A stretch of DNA of 4,032 nt. Source: a virus. Its lineage: Duplodnaviria > Heunggongvirae > Uroviricota > Caudoviricetes. Every line of letters begins with the position of its first letter. Position 1 is the first letter of the stretch. The stretch spans positions 1 through 4,032 of IMG/VR virus record IMGVR_UViG_2778261065_000004; one strand, given 5' to 3'. This document shows positions 1 through 4,032 of this stretch, one piece after another. The notes beneath the pieces were generated by a model. That model did no database searches and was not told the DNA's origin. It saw only the letters and a program-made list of their open reading frames with translations. A program made the translations under genes and the position numbers.

Positions 1-383
1 ATCCGGTACACTGCAATGAGTCTTCCTGTTCCATCTCCCAAACCAAGGTTTTCGAGAGCCGTTTTCACCGTGCCATCCGATTTGATATCACCAAACGGAT
101 TCTTGCGGCTCAGGTATTCAACAGCAAACCCCGATCCCAGCAATTCAACAAAACCGGGCAGATCACCATTATCAAGCACATCCCGTTGCGTTTTATCACT
201 TACAAACTGGGCCAGAGCTGCAGCAATAAAGCTGGCCTGCCGAATAACCTTATTGACTTGCGCACTGGAGGCTTTCCCTGCTGTAAATCCGGATAAAAGC
301 GCAGGCAACGCTTCCCATTCCTTCTGCGACATAACATTGGCATTTTTACCCGTTGCGAATGCTTTAAAGTCATTTTTTGCCAT
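1..383 (-). CDS. Phage tail fiber protein, N-terminal part (partial; gene continues beyond position 1)
   Basis: My own translation of the minus strand from the ATG at 383..381 gives [127 protein letters not shown], open to the window edge. It is absent from the ORF track because no stop lies in the window. The start overlaps the upstream stop (TGATG). It sits directly after the gpI/gp48-like gene, where P2/Mu-type modules place the fiber gene, and resembles from memory the conserved N-terminal region of enterobacterial prophage side tail fibers. Confidence 0.8.
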   Translation of the reverse strand, partial: MAKNDFKAFATGKNANVMSQKEWEALPALLSGFTAGKASSAQVNKVIRQASFIAAALAQFVSDKTQRDVLDNGDLPGFVELLGSGFAVEYLSRKNPFGDIKSDGTVKTALENLGLGDGTGRLIAVYR

Positions 384-1063
384 CAGAGTAATACTCCCCA
401 TGCCCCTACATCAAAACCACTGATAAATTCGTTATCCATATCAAAACCAAAAAATTTTGAACCTTCCGATGGGGTTTCCACCGAAGGTGTTTCAATACCA
501 CCCGCCCACACCCCGGCGGCTTTTACTGTGAGATATCCCTGTTTAATTGCAGCAATTAACTCACGCGATACATCTGAAATATCAGTATCAGGAAAGACCC
601 AGACCGATATCGTCATGTCCTGGTTATCGACAATCTGCATTCGCAGCCCGGATCCTGCTGTCGCCGTGTCATGAATTGCTGGAAGCGAATCATTCCGTCC
701 GTCCCAGTTATTAATCGCAATCTTCGCTTTAAGGATGACACGATAAGTTTCATCGCTGAGATACATGTATCCGGAATCAGGATCATATGGCCCCTGCCAT
801 ACCCCCTGATCATATCCAAGCCCGTCGGTATCCCAGCTGAAATAGACACCTGAGATAGGCTGGCTGACAACACGGCTACGTCCGATCCACAATCCCAGAA
901 TGTCAAGTTGCACACCAACCGCAGAGTCAATATCAAATGCAGTAATCAGCCCTCTGGTGGCCGCCGCAACATCAATAAGCGGCCGGGTCATCAGATCAAC
1001 ATGCGCAAGAAATTTAGGTTTGGTGGCGTGGTAGTTCGTGATTAGTTCGGTGTATTTGCTCAT
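383..1063 (-). CDS. Phage baseplate protein, Mu gp48 / P2 gpI-type (YmfQ-like)
   Basis: 226-aa ORF ([29 protein letters not shown]...) lying between the J-like gene and the tail fiber gene. Its start overlaps the J-like stop by 4 nt (ATGA) and its stop overlaps the fiber start. The call rests on size, synteny and recalled similarity to YmfQ-like prophage proteins. Confidence 0.8.
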   Translation of the reverse strand: MSKYTELITNYHATKPKFLAHVDLMTRPLIDVAAATRGLITAFDIDSAVGVQLDILGLWIGRSRVVSQPISGVYFSWDTDGLGYDQGVWQGPYDPDSGYMYLSDETYRVILKAKIAINNWDGRNDSLPAIHDTATAGSGLRMQIVDNQDMTISVWVFPDTDISDVSRELIAAIKQGYLTVKAAGVWAGGIETPSVETPSEGSKFFGFDMDNEFISGFDVGAWGVLL

Positions 1064-2259
1064 GACTCCACCGTTATAACGATATTTTCCGGGGTACAGG
1101 ACGCAGATTCGTTGTATCTGATATCAATGTTTGATGACGACAAAGCCCCCGGGGATTTCCCAATCGTCAGTTCCTGAATATCGTAATAGCGTGCATTCCC
1201 GCCACTCACCACGCCAAGATTCGCCGGTGAGTAAATGCGACTTAAAAGGACCGAATCACCAATCATCAGACTATTGATATAGTCGGAAATAGCCTGCTGG
1301 ATCTGCTGCCCTATCTGTGAGGTATAACCCGTAAAAACTTTTAATTTAATCCGGGCATAAACAGGCACATCACTGGAACGCGAGAATTTGATTACATGGG
1401 GATTGCCGTATTTATCCGGAACCGTAACGGATGTTGTACCGTGAGTGGCTGTCCCCTGGCCTTTATTCCCTCTGATAGCCTGAGCAATATCCGTTACATC
1501 ACCGCCATCCACAATTACAGCAACAGAGTGTGGCGGTAACCCGTTACCGTCCTCCGAACCAGTATCGTTTTCATAGAGTTTGTGGCGGGTTACACCGGTA
1601 ACATTAGAAACAGCACCATCCAGTGCTTCAAATGGGGTTATTGATGGCAACGCAACACTTTGCGACTGGCGGATACGTAACTCCGCGTCAGTTTCTGCCG
1701 GAGTGCCCACGGTAGCCGCAGCAGGATTAGTTACCGAAACCCAGCCACGGGTTGGCGTATTTATTTCAGTGATAGTTCCAGCCAGCGCCGCCACTGCACC
1801 ACTGACGGAACATGTTGCAGTCACCATCACTGTACCATCCACGCCGACCACCACTGAAGCAGGCAAACGCCATATCACATTATTACTGTCTTTCACGCTG
1901 CCATTAATGATGGTTGTTCCGGCAGTTCCTGTAAGAAGCAAATCAACCGTAGAATTCGTCGCGCCTTTACGTGAAATACCATTTATTTTCACGTTACTGG
2001 TCAGTGCAGCCCCATAGCCGGTTGCCGGTGAAAAACAGTTGTAGACAGTTATCGCCGTATTATTGGCATCATGAATCGCCAACGCCATCAGAGCCACCAT
2101 CTGGCCGTCTTTGCTGTCCGGTTCGAGGTAGGCATCACTGCCATAAATCTGCTGAAAATAGCTAATCAGGGTGCTGAGTATCGTCTGATAATCAGGCGCA
2201 CTGATCCCCTCCGCGGTTACCTTTGCAGATAAACCGAGAGAATCAAGGTTCAGAGCCAT
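1060..2259 (-). CDS. Baseplate J-like protein (Mu gp47 / P2 gpJ / T4 gp6 family)
   Basis: 399-aa ORF (MALNLDSLGLSAKVTAEGISAPDYQTILSTLISYFQQIYG...) of the size and position expected for a baseplate J protein. GGAGG lies 4 nt upstream of the ATG at 2259; the start overlaps the preceding stop (TAATG). Confidence 0.88.
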   Translation of the reverse strand: MALNLDSLGLSAKVTAEGISAPDYQTILSTLISYFQQIYGSDAYLEPDSKDGQMVALMALAIHDANNTAITVYNCFSPATGYGAALTSNVKINGISRKGATNSTVDLLLTGTAGTTIINGSVKDSNNVIWRLPASVVVGVDGTVMVTATCSVSGAVAALAGTITEINTPTRGWVSVTNPAAATVGTPAETDAELRIRQSQSVALPSITPFEALDGAVSNVTGVTRHKLYENDTGSEDGNGLPPHSVAVIVDGGDVTDIAQAIRGNKGQGTATHGTTSVTVPDKYGNPHVIKFSRSSDVPVYARIKLKVFTGYTSQIGQQIQQAISDYINSLMIGDSVLLSRIYSPANLGVVSGGNARYYDIQELTIGKSPGALSSSNIDIRYNESASCTPENIVITVES

Positions 2260-2612
2260 TACGCCTCCGATGTAACAGTCGTTATTCCATAAAGAGTGTC
2301 GATTTCAGCGGAAAACATGACACGTCGGGTCGTGGTATCCACCGTCGTATTGAAAGAGAGGATTGATTTAACGCCCCGCGTTTCGAGGATGCGCTTACGG
2401 ATCGCCAGGTTGTAGGTTTCCGGCTTCTGCTTACCGAGCACGGACTGGATCCACGGTGTTCCCTCTGTGGTATCAAGAAACCATTGCCCATACCACAATT
2501 CGAATCGCGTTTTCACAGCCTGCGCCACGGCCTCAGGCGAGTTAATCAGCCAGGTGTCATCACCGCTGCCAAAGGCGTAATCGCCATCGGCGTCTTCACG
2601 TCTGTATCGCAT
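2259..2612 (-). CDS. Small baseplate protein in the P2 gpW / Mu gp46 / T4 gp25 position
   Basis: 117-aa ORF (MRYRREDADGDYAFGSGDDTWLINSPEAVAQAVKTRFELWYGQWF...) located between the spike and J-like genes and coupled to both by 1-nt overlaps (TGATG upstream, TAATG downstream). Family is assigned mainly by synteny and size; the sequence match was not verified. Confidence 0.7.
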   Translation of the reverse strand: MRYRREDADGDYAFGSGDDTWLINSPEAVAQAVKTRFELWYGQWFLDTTEGTPWIQSVLGKQKPETYNLAIRKRILETRGVKSILSFNTTVDTTTRRVMFSAEIDTLYGITTVTSEA

Positions 2613-3364
2613 CAGTTTACCCCGTCGGTACTGCTTCCACCGCGCTGAACACCACCATGAGTGTGTGTATCATCGATTGGCTTGCCATTAGCCTTCACGC
2701 TCCCCAAAAACTCAACAGCACCAGTGATTTTTGAAGCCACACCAGAAACAACAGACCCCACCATGCCCCCCATCCAGGTTAACAGGCCATGAATGGTTAC
2801 TTTCTCAGAAAAATCAGCCAGAGGGGCAACCACATCAAGACCACCCGGAGCGACAATTTTAATTTTCCTGGTATCAGGATTAAGCTCAAAATAGGTGCTG
2901 CCGTCGTCACTACGCAACTGTGTGGCACTGGTATTAATACCGCTAATCTTCCTTGCCTGCGACTGGGGACCGACAATACAAAACGCATCCGATAAATCAT
3001 GCATTCTGTCATCGACAGGCTCCTGTATCCCGCCACTCTGCCACCAGAAATCAATACAACGATCGGCAAAAATCACCAAACATTCATCACCGGCTTTAAC
3101 CGGGAACGTTAGCGTACAGCCTCCGCCGCGCGGGAATACCACTGGTACATCCACCAGCAGGGGTAATATCGTCGACTGGTTGATTCCATTTGAGTCCGGC
3201 TCATAGCCTTTAATCGCAGGTTGAACAGCCACTGTTACCGTGTCCGGATCAAATGACTGGACGATGCCGGGCATAGAAACACGCAGCGCCGACATGACAG
3301 AGCCAGCAAGTCTTACATCGGCCTGTTCTTTGCTACCAAGTTGAGCGCTTAAAGAAACGGGCAT
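2612..3364 (-). CDS. Baseplate spike / assembly protein V (P2 gpV / Mu gp45-like)
   Basis: 250-aa ORF and first gene of the module. The C-terminus ...PIDDTHTHGGVQRGGSSTDGVN carries an HxH motif (His codons at 2663..2665 and 2657..2659) followed by a Gly/Ser/Thr-rich tip, like the metal-binding apex of P2 gpV and Mu gp45 spikes. GGAGA lies 7 nt upstream of the ATG at 3364. Confidence 0.85.
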   Translation of the reverse strand: MPVSLSAQLGSKEQADVRLAGSVMSALRVSMPGIVQSFDPDTVTVAVQPAIKGYEPDSNGINQSTILPLLVDVPVVFPRGGGCTLTFPVKAGDECLVIFADRCIDFWWQSGGIQEPVDDRMHDLSDAFCIVGPQSQARKISGINTSATQLRSDDGSTYFELNPDTRKIKIVAPGGLDVVAPLADFSEKVTIHGLLTWMGGMVGSVVSGVASKITGAVEFLGSVKANGKPIDDTHTHGGVQRGGSSTDGVN

Positions 3365-3383
3365 TCATATGTCTCCAGCAAGT

Positions 3384-3410
3384 AAAAAACCCGCCGGGTG
3401 GCGGGTTTTA
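3384..3410 (-). terminator. Rho-independent terminator hairpin (potentially bidirectional)
   Basis: Stem cccgcc (3390-3395), loop gggt (3396-3399), stem ggcggg (3400-3405): a perfect 6-bp GC-rich stem. On the minus-strand transcript it is followed by U6 (plus-strand A6 at 3384-3389); on the plus strand by T4 (3406-3409). It lies 63 bp downstream of the stop of the 113-aa gene. Confidence 0.7.
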
Positions 3411-3423
3411 TGTAGCTAGTTTT

Positions 3424-3458
3424 CTTTCCATGGCGATAGAAGCAATTACCGTGGAAAG
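3424..3458. repeat. Imperfect inverted repeat, 10-bp arms with 15-nt spacer
   Basis: ctttccatgg (3424-3433) pairs with ccgtggaaag (3449-3458); 9 of 10 positions are Watson-Crick and one is a T/G pair. It lies between the stop of the 113-aa gene and the terminator. Confidence 0.45.
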
Positions 3459-3472
3459 TTAATTTAGCGAAC

Positions 3473-3814
3473 TCATTGCTTATTTTCAGATAGCACCAAT
3501 CTACATTCTTCTTTTTTTAGAGTCGTAAGAGATTGGCCGCTATCGGAAAAAGAATAACCGCACTCGGAAGCGAGTTGACGCAGAGCTATTTCACCATAAC
3601 TATCACCATGTTCTTTCATTAACTCATCACCAAAATCCGCCTCACGACCATTAGATACAGCGTCCATAGCCGCATTAGAAACAGCCCTATTTGTGATCTC
3701 TCTCTTGATGATGTAGTTATCAGCCAGTGAGGTGTGCAGCCCAAAAAAATCATTCAGCGTTCCACCTACACAAATTGTTGGAGTCAACACTGCGAGAAGG
3801 AATATTTTCTTCAT
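3473..3814 (-). CDS. Hypothetical small secreted protein, unrecognised family (moron-like cargo gene)
   Basis: 113-aa ORF MKKIFLLAVLTPTICVGGTLNDFFGL... with a typical Sec signal peptide (two Lys, then a hydrophobic core, then VGG), no canonical lipobox, and two Cys in the mature part. AGGAGA (3823-3828) lies 8 nt upstream of the ATG. Hand counts on sample stretches give about 37-47% GC, against about 53% for a sampled baseplate stretch. It is followed by its own terminator. Confidence 0.7.
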   Translation of the reverse strand: MKKIFLLAVLTPTICVGGTLNDFFGLHTSLADNYIIKREITNRAVSNAAMDAVSNGREADFGDELMKEHGDSYGEIALRQLASECGYSFSDSGQSLTTLKKEECRLVLSENKQ

Positions 3815-3822
3815 TACAAATG

Positions 3823-3828
3823 TCTCCT
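3823..3828 (-). promoter_or_regulatory. Shine-Dalgarno sequence (AGGAGA) of the 113-aa gene
   Basis: Plus-strand tctcct is AGGAGA on the minus strand, 8 nt 5' of the ATG at 3814..3812. Confidence 0.6.
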
Positions 3829-3859
3829 ATAGCTGATTTCTTAAAAAAATTAATTACAG

Positions 3860-3881
3860 TACGTTGTGCCAGTATTGGTCG
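3860..3881. repeat. Copy 1 of a 22-bp imperfect direct repeat (tacgttgtgccagtattggtcg)
   Basis: Matches 3929-3950 (tacgtagtgcctgtattggttg) at 19 of 22 positions, 69 bp apart, in the AT-rich region upstream of the 113-aa gene. Confidence 0.5.
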
Positions 3882-3928
3882 TCTGGCATTCACGATGTAC
3901 TGCATTCCCATTAATCGTTCCTGTGGTA

Positions 3929-3950
3929 TACGTAGTGCCTGTATTGGTTG
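3929..3950. repeat. Copy 2 of the 22-bp imperfect direct repeat (tacgtagtgcctgtattggttg)
   Basis: See copy 1; the shared core is gtgccNgtattggt. Confidence 0.5.
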
Positions 3951-4032
3951 TATAAGATTCTGTTCTAACTTGGATTTGCCCCTATATTTCCAGACATCTG
4001 TTATCACTTAACCCATTACAAGCCCGCTGCCG

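Noticed and set aside
16-423. 135-aa plus-strand ORF in the track
   Set aside because: It is antisense to the tail fiber N-terminal coding sequence, whose minus-strand translation is clean and protein-like. The product is Ser/Pro/Arg-rich as expected for an off-frame reading, and there is no RBS.
613-936. 107-aa minus-strand ORF and the 60-aa plus-strand ORF (671-853)
   Set aside because: Both are nested inside the gp48-like gene in alternative frames or antisense, with low-complexity composition.
1580-2165. 145-aa and 64-aa plus-strand ORFs
   Set aside because: Antisense within the baseplate J-like gene; the Thr/Val/Pro/Ala-rich composition reflects the reverse complement of the real codons.
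2282-2491. 69-aa minus-strand ORF
   Set aside because: Alternative frame nested fully inside the 117-aa gene; Arg/Ser-rich, with no independent start signals.
2789-3206. Plus-strand ORFs (68 aa, 103 aa) and a minus-strand 90-aa ORF
   Set aside because: All overlap the spike gene in other frames or antisense. The spike frame has the RBS, the translational coupling and the recognisable C-terminal motif.
3411-3472. Promoter for the baseplate operon between the cargo gene and the terminator
   Set aside because: No convincing -35/-10 pair on the minus strand, and a promoter here would transcribe directly into the hairpin-U6 terminator.
3473-3814. Lipoprotein call for the 113-aa protein
   Set aside because: The residues before Cys15 (P-T-I-C) do not fit a canonical lipobox ([LVI][ASTVI][GAS]C). 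A signal peptidase I site after VGG is more plausible, but a prediction tool is needed.
3473-3814. Possible MliC/PliC-type periplasmic lysozyme inhibitor
   Set aside because: Only a vague resemblance in size, two Cys and a Ser/Gly-rich patch. I could not find the conserved family motifs, so no functional call is made.
3727-4011. 94-aa plus-strand ORF and 85-aa minus-strand ORF (3750-4007, GTG start)
   Set aside because: They overlap the 5' end and RBS of the 113-aa gene in other frames. One is Cys-rich and both are low-complexity, with no SD. The region is better explained as the promoter and leader of the cargo gene.
3812-4021. 8-mer cattacaa present at 3812-3819 and 4014-4021
   Set aside because: Too short to distinguish from chance in an AT-rich region.
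1-4032. CRISPR arrays, tRNA/rRNA genes, IS elements or attachment sites
   Set aside because: No regularly spaced repeats, no tRNA-like cloverleaf candidates noticed, and no terminal inverted repeats or transposase-like ORFs.

Overview
The window holds most of a minus-strand phage tail baseplate operon of the P2/Mu myovirus type, probably from a prophage or prophage remnant in an enterobacterial genome. Read in transcription order (high to low coordinates) it encodes a spike protein (gpV/Mu gp45-like, 2612-3364), a small baseplate protein in the gpW/gp46 position (2259-2612), a baseplate J-like protein (1060-2259), a gpI/gp48-like protein (383-1063) and the first 127 codons of a tail fiber (1-383, runs off the window). 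All four gene junctions overlap by 1-4 nt. Immediately upstream on the same strand is a compositionally distinct, AT-richer unit: a 113-aa predicted secreted protein of no family I can recognise (3473-3814), with its own Shine-Dalgarno, an AT-rich upstream region carrying a 22-bp imperfect direct repeat, and a GC-rich hairpin plus U6 intrinsic terminator (3384-3410) only about 20 bp before the spike gene. This moron-like cargo gene is the most interesting feature. All family assignments are from reading the translations and from synteny; no database search was possible.
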